Assembly: GCA_004376295.1 (NCBI GenBank)
Contig: SOJZ01000005.1
Span: 110,554-174,553, forward strand
Source: Candidatus Bathyarchaeota archaeon
Lineage (GTDB): Archaea; Thermoproteota; Bathyarchaeia; Bathyarchaeales; Bathyarchaeaceae
Direction: 5' to 3'
DNA: 64,000 nt
Both the position numbers and the translations under genes were made by a program. Shown piece by piece: positions 20,508-31,437 of this stretch. The notes beneath the pieces are model-generated. The model worked only from the letters and a program-made list of their open reading frames with translations. It was not told the DNA's origin and ran no database searches. The stretch's first letter is position 1; every line of letters starts with the position of its first letter.

Positions 20508-21116
20508 TTACTGAAGAAAACTAAAGATATCTTTAGAACTTACTGGTCCCTTACGCAGGATTTTCGGCTTCTCTGAAGTCAAATTAATCACAGTGGATGG
20601 TACACCGAGAGATGTAGGTCCCATATCTAGGATCACATCTACCTCTTTCCCTAACTGTTCGGCAGCCTCAGAGGCGGTTAGTGCCGGTTTTTTCCCTGTT
20701 TTGTTGGCGCTAGTCCCCACGAGGAGACCATTTGACAAGGAGATGAATTGAATGGCTAAATCGTGTTTCGGCACCCGTATGCCCACGGAACCCAAGTTGC
20801 ATGTGACGATGTTTGGGAGAGTTGGCTTCTTCGGAACGACAATCATGAGTGGGCCAGGCCAAAACCTGTCCACAATCTTTCTAGCATTTTTTGACAAATA
20901 AGCTATTTTTTCAACATGTTCAATATCTGAAGCTAATATGGGTAGCGACTTCTTCCTCTTGCCTTTCACCTTAAAAACCCGCTTGACAGCCTCTACATTG
21001 AACGGGTCGCAGCCTAGCCCATAAACCGTATCGGTTGGATACACGACTAGGCCTCCAGTTTTCACTGTTTGCGAAGCAGTTAGAACGTTTTCTCTCGTTG
21101 CCTTTAGAATTCGCAT
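20508..21116 (-). CDS. tsaC: L-threonylcarbamoyladenylate synthase, YrdC/TsaC type (no Sua5 C-terminal domain)
   Basis: VVYPTDTVYGLGCDPFN, SLPILA and GPLMIVVP match YrdC-family motifs. Length is 202 aa. Confidence 0.85.
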   Translation of the reverse strand: MRILKATRENVLTASQTVKTGGLVVYPTDTVYGLGCDPFNVEAVKRVFKVKGKRKKSLPILASDIEHVEKIAYLSKNARKIVDRFWPGPLMIVVPKKPTLPNIVTCNLGSVGIRVPKHDLAIQFISLSNGLLVGTSANKTGKKPALTASEAAEQLGKEVDVILDMGPTSLGVPSTVINLTSEKPKILRKGPVSSKDIFSFLQ

Positions 21117-21280
21117 TCTTTCACGCCATTTGGAATGGTAAAAGAAGTAGTTAAGTTCACTGTTACCGGTCTTGCCTTATTTTCTCACATAAGCATATAA
21201 TCAGTTTTGTGGTGTTAACCATGAGATAGGTTTTAAATCCCAGACCGAGCTATGTAACAACAAAATTCGATTACGAAAAG

Positions 21281-22249
21281 GTGAGAACTGTGCAGGAACC
21301 TGTGATCGTTGTTCACGGCGGAGCTGGAGTTTGGCAAACTGAAAGAAAAAATCTTGGCCTTAGAGGTGTAAAAGAAGCTGCGAAGACCGGATTCAAAATC
21401 TTGAAGAGTAATGATAGTGCCCTTGACGCAGTTGAAGCAGCGGTAGCACAGATGGAGGACAACGAAGTCTTTAACGCCGGACTTGGTTCAGCCCTAACCA
21501 TCGACAAGCACATAGAAATGGAAGCATCCATCATGGATGGAAAAACGCTTAACGCCGGAGCCACAGGACTACTAAGCGACATCAAAAATCCAGTTTGCTT
21601 AGCGCGAATTGTGATGGAAAACACTGATCATGTGTTTGTTGTAGCGGATGGAGCTGAAAAGTTGGCTGATCTTTTTGGTGTAGAAAGAAGAAATCCGCTT
21701 ACAGAACTCCGGATACGGTATTGGCGCGATCTCAAGGAAAGGTTGATGCGAAAAAAGCTGGATTACCTACCAAAGTTGTACAAGCTTGTTTCCTCCCACT
21801 CGCAACTTTTCGAGCCAAGTACGGTGGGTGCTGTGGCGTTGGACAAAGATGGAAACGTGGCAGCGGCAACCTCTACAGGAGGCTTTTCCCTCAAGTTTCC
21901 CGGAAGGATCGGAGACTCTCCTCTCATAGGATGTGGCACGTACGCGGACAATGAAGCTGGCGCCTGCTCCACAACGGGAATCGGCGAGATCGCTATCAAA
22001 CTTGTTTTAGCGAAGGACACTTGTGACTCTATGTGCAGTGGAAAATCTGCGCAAGAAGCAGCTGAAAGTTCAATTAGACTTGTGAATCGAAGGATGCACG
22101 GTGGCTCTATGGGTTTGATTGTGGTGGACATGCTCGGCAAGATAGGTGCGGCACATAATTCTCCGAATCTCTGTTTGGCATACATGACGATGAAAACTCG
22201 CCAGCCGAAAGCTGCGTTGAAGGCAAAGATTGTAAAAGAAGCTGCCTAG
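21281..22249 (+). CDS. isoaspartyl peptidase / plant-type L-asparaginase (Ntn hydrolase)
   Basis: VVHGGAG, FNAGLGS, the autoprocessing site STVGAVALDKDGN, and TTGIGE. Confidence 0.85.
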   Translation: MRTVQEPVIVVHGGAGVWQTERKNLGLRGVKEAAKTGFKILKSNDSALDAVEAAVAQMEDNEVFNAGLGSALTIDKHIEMEASIMDGKTLNAGATGLLSDIKNPVCLARIVMENTDHVFVVADGAEKLADLFGVERRNPLTELRIRYWRDLKERLMRKKLDYLPKLYKLVSSHSQLFEPSTVGAVALDKDGNVAAATSTGGFSLKFPGRIGDSPLIGCGTYADNEAGACSTTGIGEIAIKLVLAKDTCDSMCSGKSAQEAAESSIRLVNRRMHGGSMGLIVVDMLGKIGAAHNSPNLCLAYMTMKTRQPKAALKAKIVKEAA

Positions 22250-22358
22250 AACGCTTTTCATCCTTTTTACATTGTTAATTTTGTTAACAGGCGTATCGAA
22301 AAACTTAAAAAATCTTCATGTGCTTCGGTAAAATGACCGCGGGCTGAGTAGCGATAAA

Positions 22359-22419
22359 GGAGGTGAAAACGGTGGAGGAAGAAGAGGAGGAGGAAGAGGA
22401 GTGGGAAGAAGAAGAGTGA
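22359..22419 (+). promoter_or_regulatory. strong SD plus a 15-codon poly-Glu mini-ORF upstream of abcE1
   Basis: GGAGGTGA (22359-22366) sits 5 nt before the GTG at 22372. The ORF reads V-E9-W-E4-stop (TGA at 22417-22419) and is followed by a T6 run. Confidence 0.3.
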
Positions 22420-22554
22420 GTTTTTTCTGAACAATTGGTATTCTATATTTCTTATTATAGAAGTTTAGGCCTTCGTTCTGATAATCTATGACTTAAGCTT
22501 ATTATCTTTCCTTCTATTCATTTTATTCTAAATAATGTGAGAACGGCGAGAAAC

Positions 22555-24348
22555 ATGATTCGAGTTGCAGTGCTCGATAAGGATCGATGCAAACCGAAAC
22601 GTTGCGGTAGACTCTGTTACCGTTTTTGCCCAAAAGTGAGAAGCAAGATCGAGGCCATTCGATTTGAGGACGATAAGCCTCTGATTGTGGAGGCGTTATG
22701 TGTGGGATGCGGCATCTGCATAAAGAAGTGCCCGTTCAAAGCACTTTCTATTGTCAATCTTCCCGATGAACTTGAGAAAGAATGTAGCCACCGATTCGGC
22801 CCGAACGCTTTCAAACTCTTTCGTCTGCCTACGCCTTCTCCTGGCATAGTGTTAGGACTCCTAGGTCAAAACGGAATTGGAAAAACCACTACGCTCAATA
22901 TTCTTTCTGGAGAAACCAAGCTAAACCTCGGAAACTATGATGAGCCCCCTGAATGGCCACAAATCGTTCAGCACTTTCGAGGTTCAATTCTTCAAGAGTA
23001 TTTTCAAAAGCTGAGTGATTATGAACTCAGAGTGGTGCACAAGCCGCAGTACGTAGACAAGATTCCACGCGTCGTTTCAGGAGATGTTGGAAGCCTCCTC
23101 GAAAAAGTGGATGAACGGGGCAAGTTGAAACTTCTTGCCGAACAGCTTCAGCTTCAAACTATTTGGGATCGAACTCTTGACGTTTTGAGCGGGGGCGAAC
23201 TTCAGAGAGTCGCTATCACCGCTACAATTTGTCGGGATGCGGATGTCTATCTTTTCGATGAACCTTCGAGCTATTTAGACGTGAAACAGCGTCTTGAAGT
23301 TGCAAGGACTATACGTGGCCTCAAGAAAGACGAAAAAACTGTGATGGTGGCAGAACATGATCTCGCCGTCCTTGATTATCTGTCTGATCAGATTTGCGTT
23401 TTTTACGGAACCCCAGGAGTTTACGGTATCGCATCGCACGTTCATGGTGTAAGAGTTGGAATTAACATTCACTTGGAAGGGTATATTCCGGACGAAAACG
23501 TTCGCTTTAGGAAGAGTGCGATTATCTTCCATGTTAAGCCTCCAACAACGCGTTTAGTGGCTGGTGAAACATTGTTGAAGTGGGATGCAATGAAGAAGGC
23601 GTTTGAGGGATTTGCACTGTCTGTGGTGCCTGGGGACGCAAAACAAGGCGAGGTTATTGGGATATTGGGGCCCAACGGCATTGGAAAAACCACGTTTGTG
23701 AGACTACTGGCTGGAATTGAAAAAGCCGACGAGGGGGCAGCTTCGATGCCATATAAATTAGATGTTAGTTACAAGCCTCAATATATTTCAGCGGAATACA
23801 AAGGAACCGTGGAGGATCTGTTAAAAAACGTAGCCAAAGACGACTTTGCCTCCAGCTGGTATCGAAGCGAAATTCTGCAACCCCTAAATGTGCAGCCTAT
23901 CCTTGATCGCGACGTAACAGAGCTCAGTGGAGGCGAGCTTCAGAAGGTTGCCATCACCACTTGCCTTTCAAGAAAGGCTCAACTATATCTACTTGACGAG
24001 CCAAGCGCTTATCTGGATGTTGAGGAAAGATTGTTGATGGCTCGAACTATCCGAAGAGTGGTGGAGAATCGAAACGTAACAGCCTTTGTCGTCGAACACG
24101 ATGTGGTGGCTCAAGATTTCATTGCTGACCGCCTCATGATATTCAATGGAGAGCCAGGAGTCTACGGCGTTGCCAATCCGCCTACCAGCCTTCGAAAAGG
24201 CATGAACACATTTCTGAAGGATATGGAGATTACTTTTCGGAGAGATCCTACGACAAAGAGACCGCGGGTGAACAAAGAAGGGTCTAAGCTGGATAGGCAT
24301 CAGAAAAAAATCGGGGAATACTATTACGTGTCCACTAGAGAGAAGTGA
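22555..24348 (+). CDS. abcE1: ABCE1 (RNase L inhibitor homolog) ribosome-recycling ATPase
   Basis: N-terminal two 4Fe-4S clusters (CKPKRCGRLCYRFCP, CVGCGICIKKCP). Two ABC cassettes (GQNGIGKTT / LSGGELQR and GPNGIGKTT / LSGGELQK). The ATG at 22555 gives the canonical MIRVAVLDKDRC start. Confidence 0.92.
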   Translation: MIRVAVLDKDRCKPKRCGRLCYRFCPKVRSKIEAIRFEDDKPLIVEALCVGCGICIKKCPFKALSIVNLPDELEKECSHRFGPNAFKLFRLPTPSPGIVLGLLGQNGIGKTTTLNILSGETKLNLGNYDEPPEWPQIVQHFRGSILQEYFQKLSDYELRVVHKPQYVDKIPRVVSGDVGSLLEKVDERGKLKLLAEQLQLQTIWDRTLDVLSGGELQRVAITATICRDADVYLFDEPSSYLDVKQRLEVARTIRGLKKDEKTVMVAEHDLAVLDYLSDQICVFYGTPGVYGIASHVHGVRVGINIHLEGYIPDENVRFRKSAIIFHVKPPTTRLVAGETLLKWDAMKKAFEGFALSVVPGDAKQGEVIGILGPNGIGKTTFVRLLAGIEKADEGAASMPYKLDVSYKPQYISAEYKGTVEDLLKNVAKDDFASSWYRSEILQPLNVQPILDRDVTELSGGELQKVAITTCLSRKAQLYLLDEPSAYLDVEERLLMARTIRRVVENRNVTAFVVEHDVVAQDFIADRLMIFNGEPGVYGVANPPTSLRKGMNTFLKDMEITFRRDPTTKRPRVNKEGSKLDRHQKKIGEYYYVSTREK

Positions 24349-24407
24349 TGCACGAAGTTTCCTTTTCAATTCCAAAATTCTTTTAATGGTTGAGACATAC
24401 GCTATAG

Positions 24408-25103
<696 letters not shown>

Positions 25104-25198
25104 GTAAGGCCTCCATGAATCGTATTTGGAGAGATCTCACATCCAGCACGAGTGACTTTTGCGTAAAAAATAAATAGATCAGTTCCTCTAGTTTGGAC

Positions 25199-25271
25199 GA
25201 ATGGAAGCTAGGACGCTGAAAGAGAAAGGAGTTTGGAAAGCAGAAAATCCCTTATTTTCTAGCTTCCATTC
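25199..25271. repeat. 13-bp perfect inverted repeat with a 47-nt spacer in the tpiA-downstream intergenic region
   Basis: GAATGGAAGCTAG (25199-25211) pairs with CTAGCTTCCATTC (25259-25271). Confidence 0.7.
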
Positions 25272-25538
25272 TTTGTCCCTCTTTGCTCATTTCCCCCCAA
25301 CATCAGGGACATTTATTGGTTTGTCGTTTCCATCTTAAAAATCTTTTGTTTTTTTCCCAGAAATGTGTCAACTCTTTGCCAAAAAGAAAGCATTGCAACA
25401 GACATTGCTTTTGTTGTTAACGAAAATATGCTAATCTGAGCGGAATTCTACTGCGTAAAAAACTTGGGTAGTGGATTGTTTTCTCATAATGGAAGTATTG
25501 AGCGTAAAACTCAACTCAGGAACGGACCTTTTAGGTAT

Positions 25539-26672
25539 TCACTTGCGCGCTACGTCCTTCAGTCTCTCAAGTTTCTTCTTGTAGTCATAGGTCCATTTGT
25601 TTTCTTTGAAAAACTCGTACGAGATAGTTCGGCGCCTGAACGAGGTAGCATCAAAGGTTACATAGAGAAAACCTGTAGTTAGTTTCTTCTCAGTTAGGCG
25701 ATTCATTGAATCGATGAGTTTTGAAAACTCTGTTTTTGGGATATATATGTGAACTACGAGAGAGTGTTGGCCAATGGCTTTTCCATAGCTGAAGATGAAA
25801 GGTTTGTTTTGCAGACTGTTAACAAATTTGGCCAACTTTTTTTCATTTTCAAAGTCAATTATGAAACCACACATGTCAGATGTGGGAAGTGGATATGGAA
25901 GTGTTGCAACTTCATAATCAGTGAGAAGACTACGCCCAACGACATGTTTATGGTATCGATATCTAACTCCCTGTGGTGTTATGTTCACCACTTCTGCCAG
26001 TTTGGTGAATTTCGTTGTTCCATCTTTCTCCAGTTCCTTCAGAATTAACAGGTCAGTTTCATCAACTCGAATGGAATATGCTTTAGGTTCCATAAGTTTT
26101 CGAGGAAGTTTTTCAGACGCTTTTTGAACTTCGTCAACCCAATGTTTCCACTCGAAATTCCATGATTTACTTTGAAAGTCAAACCAATCGAAGCTAGGTG
26201 CAACCTCAGTGAAATTAGTGGTGCCGTAGAAAATGTAGCGCGAAAACGTTTCTAGCTGCGTGGCTTCATCTAGATATTCTTCCAGTTCTTTCTTATACTC
26301 TGCCGGAAAGGCAAAAATAGTATAATATCCATCGTATTTTCCGTAACATCGGATCATGTAAGTCCAATAATCAAGATTGATAATGACTTGCTGCAACTTC
26401 TTTTTCTGTCCAGGCTTAGATTCTGCAATGAGAACTGCCTTCATCAGTCCGAGACTAGAGTAATCTAGGTTAGTCCTTATTTGAAGAAATCCTTCTTTCA
26501 TCAACTTTTTCATGCGGAAGGCTACAGTTTTAGGGTGCAATCCTATTGACTTGGCTAATGCCAAAATGTTCCTTGGGCCATGCTTGCCAAGTCCTTCCAA
26601 TATCTTTACATTAGTCGAATCTAACATTTTTAGATATTGAAGCATCCACTCGTAGTCTTCAAGCTTACTCAC
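25539..26672 (-). CDS. transcriptional regulator with two Lrp/AsnC-like winged-helix modules
   Basis: Two helix-turn-helix (HTH) segments: NVKILEGLGKHGPRNILALAKSIGLHPKTVAFRMKKL and DLLILKELEKDGTTKFTKLAEVVNITPQGVRYRY. Confidence 0.65.
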   Translation of the reverse strand: MSKLEDYEWMLQYLKMLDSTNVKILEGLGKHGPRNILALAKSIGLHPKTVAFRMKKLMKEGFLQIRTNLDYSSLGLMKAVLIAESKPGQKKKLQQVIINLDYWTYMIRCYGKYDGYYTIFAFPAEYKKELEEYLDEATQLETFSRYIFYGTTNFTEVAPSFDWFDFQSKSWNFEWKHWVDEVQKASEKLPRKLMEPKAYSIRVDETDLLILKELEKDGTTKFTKLAEVVNITPQGVRYRYHKHVVGRSLLTDYEVATLPYPLPTSDMCGFIIDFENEKKLAKFVNSLQNKPFIFSYGKAIGQHSLVVHIYIPKTEFSKLIDSMNRLTEKKLTTGFLYVTFDATSFRRRTISYEFFKENKWTYDYKKKLERLKDVARK

Positions 26673-26728
26673 CGTATTGCCTCCCTATCGAACTTCTTCG
26701 AACTGTTACAGCTTACCTAAAGTTCGCA

Positions 26729-26956
26729 TCAATGGGGTCTTACGTCGTCAACTTCGTCTCCCAAAATATCCAAGTTTGGTTTTGGACAGGACAGTTTTCC
26801 GTTTTGAATGGGGTCTTCAGTTACGGTGGTAGGTCCAGAAGGCACAGCATCTATAGATCGGGTTGTGTGATTAGACAAAGCGGTGCTGCTACAACCATAG
26901 AGGATCGCCAGAGTCACTAGACAGATTAACAGGAGAGACGTGATTTTTTCGTTCAT
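26729..26956 (-). CDS. small putative lipoprotein/secreted peptide
   Basis: 75 aa. The signal-like N-terminus ends in a lipobox-like LYGC (MNEKITSLLLICLVTLAILYGCSS). Confidence 0.3.
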   Translation of the reverse strand: MNEKITSLLLICLVTLAILYGCSSTALSNHTTRSIDAVPSGPTTVTEDPIQNGKLSCPKPNLDILGDEVDDVRPH

Positions 26957-27433
26957 TTGTTCTCAACTCCATTATATAACTGAGCAGTTTGCCTTTTTTA
27001 CTTTTCGCAAGAATTTCATAGATTCTTTGCATAAAACGTAATACTCTCATTACTTGAACTGTACTGAAATGTTGAAACCGTAGCGCAAGCCTACAATTAT
27101 GTGATCCAGATTGGATGTATGCGGGTTGACGGAACTTCGCACGCGCCACATCAATTGAAAGTAGACAACTGCCGTTTAAATAGATCTTCGTTGGAGTAGA
27201 AGACGATTAGTGAGTTACCTTGGAGTGCACATGTTGAAGTAGTAATGTTTTTGATGTTGAAAATGGATATTCTTAGTATCTCAGAGAGGATGCTTTCTTT
27301 AGAACAGTGGGGCTCCTTGCAAAGTACATTGATATACAAAATTTAAAATGAAGAAGCCAAGTTACGTAACATAAACTATAACTATGAAGTGCGATATCGC
27401 TGAGGTTATTACAAAGGTGTAAGAGGTTCAGGT

Positions 27434-28315
27434 TTGAAGGTTGAAGTTGAATGCGCTGCCTGTATTTTTCACCGTGGCTATCTGGAAATTATAGAGGCAA
27501 CGAATGACCCGTCTATTCAGTTCAAGGCAATCTCTGCTTTTACACATCTCTTAGCTAAGGAATTTAGGCCTAACACGGTTCCTGCTTTTCTAGGTACAGA
27601 AAGGGACAGGTTAATAAAACGACTCACAAGCAATCCAGACCCATACGCAAAAAAGAAGCGGTTGAGTAATCAGAAGGCCTTAGAAATTCTGCCGCTAGCG
27701 AAAAAACTTGTATCAAACCAGTCTTGCACGGAGTCTCGGTTCAGAAAGGCTTGTCTAAGCTCCATAGTTGGCAACATCATAGAATTCGACATTCCAGATC
27801 ACGTATTCAAGTTTCAAGACATCAAAAAGCTGATTCTACGAGCTGAAGAAGACTTGGCTATTGATGAGATTTCTAAAATTTTTGATTCAGCAAAGAAGGC
27901 AAAACGAGTCCTATACTTAGCTGACAACGCAGGCGAGATAGCCTTCGACACACTGCTTGTGCATGAGTTAAAAAAATTGGGCGCGCACGTTACGGTGGCG
28001 GTGAAAGGCAAACCCATAAGCAACGACGCTACTCTTGAAGACGCTAAATTTGTAGGAATGCATGAAGTTGCAGATAGCATAATAACTACAGGTACAGATG
28101 CTGTTGGCTTGATTCCTGATGAATGCTCTAGCGAATTTTTAACTTCATATGACTCAGCCGATTTAGTGGTGGCAAAGGGCATGGGTCACGCTGAAACGCT
28201 TACAGAACTCAACTTAACCTCTCCTCACGCGCTTCTGATGAGAACAAAATGTAATCCCGTTGCCAACTTCTTTAACGTAAGCAAAGGAAAAAATATTGCT
28301 AAATTAATGTCATAG
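27434..28315 (+). CDS. DUF89 / ARMT1-like damage-control phosphatase
   Basis: N-terminal CAACIFHRG, DNAGEIAFDTLLV and VVAKGMGHAE resemble DUF89-family motifs. Confidence 0.75.
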   Translation: MKVEVECAACIFHRGYLEIIEATNDPSIQFKAISAFTHLLAKEFRPNTVPAFLGTERDRLIKRLTSNPDPYAKKKRLSNQKALEILPLAKKLVSNQSCTESRFRKACLSSIVGNIIEFDIPDHVFKFQDIKKLILRAEEDLAIDEISKIFDSAKKAKRVLYLADNAGEIAFDTLLVHELKKLGAHVTVAVKGKPISNDATLEDAKFVGMHEVADSIITTGTDAVGLIPDECSSEFLTSYDSADLVVAKGMGHAETLTELNLTSPHALLMRTKCNPVANFFNVSKGKNIAKLMS

Positions 28316-28322
28316 ACGCTAG

Positions 28323-30437
28323 ATGATGAAAATGGGCATAGATTTCCCCAAAATTCAAATTGGGCCAAATGTTCTTTCCAATTTTGACAAAGCCATACAA
28401 ATGGAATGGATCATAACTAACGGCCTAGGCGGATACGCCTCCTCAACCGTGTTAGGAATCAACACTCGAAAGTACCACAGACTCTTGGTTGCTGCCTTTA
28501 ACCCCCCAGTAGACCGATGGGTCATTCTCACCAAACTTAATGAAGAGATCCAGATTGAAAACAAAACAGATCCCATAGGATCAAACGAGTTCAAAAGTGG
28601 CGTTCAGCCAAAGGGCTACCAGTTTCTATCCAGCTTCACGCTTAACCCACTTCCTATCTACAAATACGCCGTACATGGTTTTCAACTTCAGAAAAAAATC
28701 TTCATGCCGCAGGGAAAGAACGCAACCGTGGTGATGTATGAAGTCTTCAATTCTAATGAAAACAAGGCGTTTCTTCGCATCTCGCCACTGGTCAACTCTA
28801 GACACTTTTATTCGGTCACAAGGAAAAAAAACTTGGCTTGGAAATTCGTTCAAAAGCCGTTTGAAAAAGGAGTGGTCGTCAAACCATCCACTCAATCACC
28901 AGCCCTAATCCTATTTTCGAGTGCTGGACAATATTTCGCTGGTAAAAGCAAATGGGTTAGAGAGTTGTTCTTTCGAGTGGACAGTTCCCGTGGGGAAAGC
29001 TGTCTCGACGATAGTTTTCAGCCGGGATTGTTTGAGCTTAGAATAGCTCCGAAGGAGAGAAAGAACTTCTATGTCGTTGCAACTGGCGGTAGAAACGAAA
29101 AGGAAGCTCAGAGCATTCTTTCGTCAATTTGTAAAGAGCCAGACCACGCAGACCTTTTATACAATCAGGAGTTGAAACGTCGAAAAAGTTTGCTAACAAC
29201 GTTTCAAGAACGGTACGCCGATGTTAAGATGGAAGACTGGCTAAAATGGCTCATCTTGGCAGCCGATTCGTTCATTGTGAACAGGGAGTCGACCAAGACA
29301 AAATCCATGATCGCCGGATACCATTGGTTTGAAGACTGGGGAAGAGATTCAATGATTTCTCTGCCAGGATTAACACTTGTCACAGGCAGATTTGAGGTTG
29401 CGAAAGAGATTCTGTTAACGTTCAAGCACTATTGTTGCAAAGGCCTCATTCCTAATAGATTTCCAAATCAAGCTGGAGACACACCAATCTATAACACGGT
29501 GGACGCCACTCTCTGGTACTTTAACGCGGTTCTTCAATATCTCAAATATACAGAAGATTTCGATTTCGTCAGAGTGGAACTGTGGGACACATTGCAATCC
29601 ATCATGGAGCATCATATTCAAGGGACCTTGTACGACATACGTGTGGATGACGACGGATTAGTCACGCATGGGCCACAGCTAACATGGATGGACGCCATGA
29701 TAGACGGCCAGTTTGTCACGCCCAGAAATGGAAAGGCCGTAGAAATCCAGGCATTATGGTACAACGCTTTAAAAATCATGGACCTTCTTGCCACACGTTT
29801 CAACCAAAAGGAAGACGCAAAGAAGTATAGGGATATGGCTGAAAAAACTAGAAAAAGCTTCGTAGAGAAATTTTGGAACCCACAAAAACGTTGCTTATTC
29901 GATGTGGTTTGCGAAGAGCAAGGAGACGAGTCGTTGAGGCCAAATCAGATAATGGCTGTTGCATTACGCTTTTCAATGCTGGACAGAGCGAGAGAGAAGG
30001 AAATTGTGGAAACCGTTTGGAGAGAACTCTGGGGCACCTATGGGCTGAAAACCTTACCGAAAGATGATCCGCGGTACGTAGGAAAATATCTGGGAGACTG
30101 GGCGTATCGGGATAGGGCGTACCACAACGGTACGGTTTGGGCTTGGCTTCTCGGGCCTTTCACCACTGCTTTCCTAAAAGTCAATGACTATGAGAAGCGT
30201 TGGCGAAGCTTCGCTTTTCAAAACTTCTTGCAGCCTCTGTTCCAAGAGGAGACTTTCAAAGCGGGGCTTGGGACGATAAGCGAAATATTCGACGGCGACC
30301 CGCCCCACGCTTCTCGGGGATGTGTATCTCAGGCTTGGAGTGTAGCTGAACCTTTGAGAGCCTTTGTTGAGGACGTTTTGTCAAAGAGACCTCTGTATGA
30401 GAGACAGATTCTAGCTGGCGTTGGGTATTGCTGTTAG
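28323..30437 (+). CDS. archaeal-type glycogen debranching enzyme (amylo-alpha-1,6-glucosidase)
   Basis: N-terminal WIITNGLGGYASSTVLGINTRKYHRLLV, central GYHWFEDWGRDSMISLPG, and C-terminal YHNGTVWAWLLGPF. Length is 704 aa. Confidence 0.85.
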   Translation: MMKMGIDFPKIQIGPNVLSNFDKAIQMEWIITNGLGGYASSTVLGINTRKYHRLLVAAFNPPVDRWVILTKLNEEIQIENKTDPIGSNEFKSGVQPKGYQFLSSFTLNPLPIYKYAVHGFQLQKKIFMPQGKNATVVMYEVFNSNENKAFLRISPLVNSRHFYSVTRKKNLAWKFVQKPFEKGVVVKPSTQSPALILFSSAGQYFAGKSKWVRELFFRVDSSRGESCLDDSFQPGLFELRIAPKERKNFYVVATGGRNEKEAQSILSSICKEPDHADLLYNQELKRRKSLLTTFQERYADVKMEDWLKWLILAADSFIVNRESTKTKSMIAGYHWFEDWGRDSMISLPGLTLVTGRFEVAKEILLTFKHYCCKGLIPNRFPNQAGDTPIYNTVDATLWYFNAVLQYLKYTEDFDFVRVELWDTLQSIMEHHIQGTLYDIRVDDDGLVTHGPQLTWMDAMIDGQFVTPRNGKAVEIQALWYNALKIMDLLATRFNQKEDAKKYRDMAEKTRKSFVEKFWNPQKRCLFDVVCEEQGDESLRPNQIMAVALRFSMLDRAREKEIVETVWRELWGTYGLKTLPKDDPRYVGKYLGDWAYRDRAYHNGTVWAWLLGPFTTAFLKVNDYEKRWRSFAFQNFLQPLFQEETFKAGLGTISEIFDGDPPHASRGCVSQAWSVAEPLRAFVEDVLSKRPLYERQILAGVGYCC

Positions 30438-30507
30438 CTTAGAATAAAGTGTTTTCCGGCTTCTGCACGTGTGTGCGCCTTTTTCTATCCCCCTAAAGAA
30501 ACTGCGT

Positions 30508-31437
30508 TTACCTCGTGGTGACGAGGTAGACTCCCATAAAGATTAGTAGTCCTCCCGCAAGAATGGACAAGCTTAACTCTTCTCCGACAAACGTGACCGC
30601 GAATAACACAGTGACCAACGGTTCTGCAAATAGGAATGAACTAGTCACTGCTGCTTCCACTTGTTTTAGCACGTAGAACCAGATGTAGTATCCTAACAGC
30701 GAACAGGTAAGAGATAAGAAGAGAATTGCCAGCCAGCCGTAGAGGCTCATTGTGAATATTTGATGAAGAGAGTTTTCAGCCAAAGAAAAGGGAATTAGAC
30801 ACGATCCGCCTAGCACAGTTACGTAAGCCACAACGAGAAAAGGATTATACTTCTCCATTACCTTCTTTCCCAAGAGGCTGTACGTAGCCCAGAGAACTGG
30901 AGTAGAAAGCAATATCAAGCTTCCCAGAAAGAATTCTCTGTTGCCCGGAAAGCTCGAAGTACCACCTGTGATAATAATGAACGCGCCTGCTACAGCAAGT
31001 CCGATTCCGAAAATCTGCTTTTTCATCAGATGTTCCTTAAACATTCTAGCGGAAAGAACAGCGATAAAAATCGGCGAAAGGAGACAGACGAAAATCGCGG
31101 CGATGGACGGCCCTGCCATCTGAATGCCCGTGTACTGAATAATGAAGAAAAAAGTGACGCCAGTGAGGGCGAGAAACAGCAGTGTCGGGGTGTCTTTCTT
31201 TTCAACAAGAAGTCTGTAGTCTCGTTCTCTATTTTTCTTAAAGAGAAGCGTGGCAAGGAAGAGTCCGCCTGCAATGAGAAACCTGAAGGTCGCTATTGCA
31301 ACTGGAGTCAATCCCTCTCCTAGCGCTATCTTGACAACCACAAATGAGCTTCCCCAAAAAATTATCAGAGTTAGCATTAGAAGTGCGTTAAAGAGACTTA
31401 TCGTTCTTGTCGTCATGGTGAGTAATTCTCTTGTCAC
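30508..31437 (-). CDS. EamA/DMT-family transporter
   Basis: About 10 TM segments. It has the two-repeat architecture typical of EamA (IFWGSSFVVVKIAL ...). Confidence 0.8.
   Translation of the reverse strand: MTRELLTMTTRTISLFNALLMLTLIIFWGSSFVVVKIALGEGLTPVAIATFRFLIAGGLFLATLLFKKNRERDYRLLVEKKDTPTLLFLALTGVTFFFIIQYTGIQMAGPSIAAIFVCLLSPIFIAVLSARMFKEHLMKKQIFGIGLAVAGAFIIITGGTSSFPGNREFFLGSLILLSTPVLWATYSLLGKKVMEKYNPFLVVAYVTVLGGSCLIPFSLAENSLHQIFTMSLYGWLAILFLSLTCSLLGYYIWFYVLKQVEAAVTSSFLFAEPLVTVLFAVTFVGEELSLSILAGGLLIFMGVYLVTTR

Noticed and set aside
26957-27433. A 477-bp gap with two small reverse ORFs (26889-27149 and 27151-27339), as possible genes or an ncRNA.
   Set aside because: The ORF products look random (no SD, odd composition). 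I found only weak 5-bp pairings and no recognisable RNA-family features.
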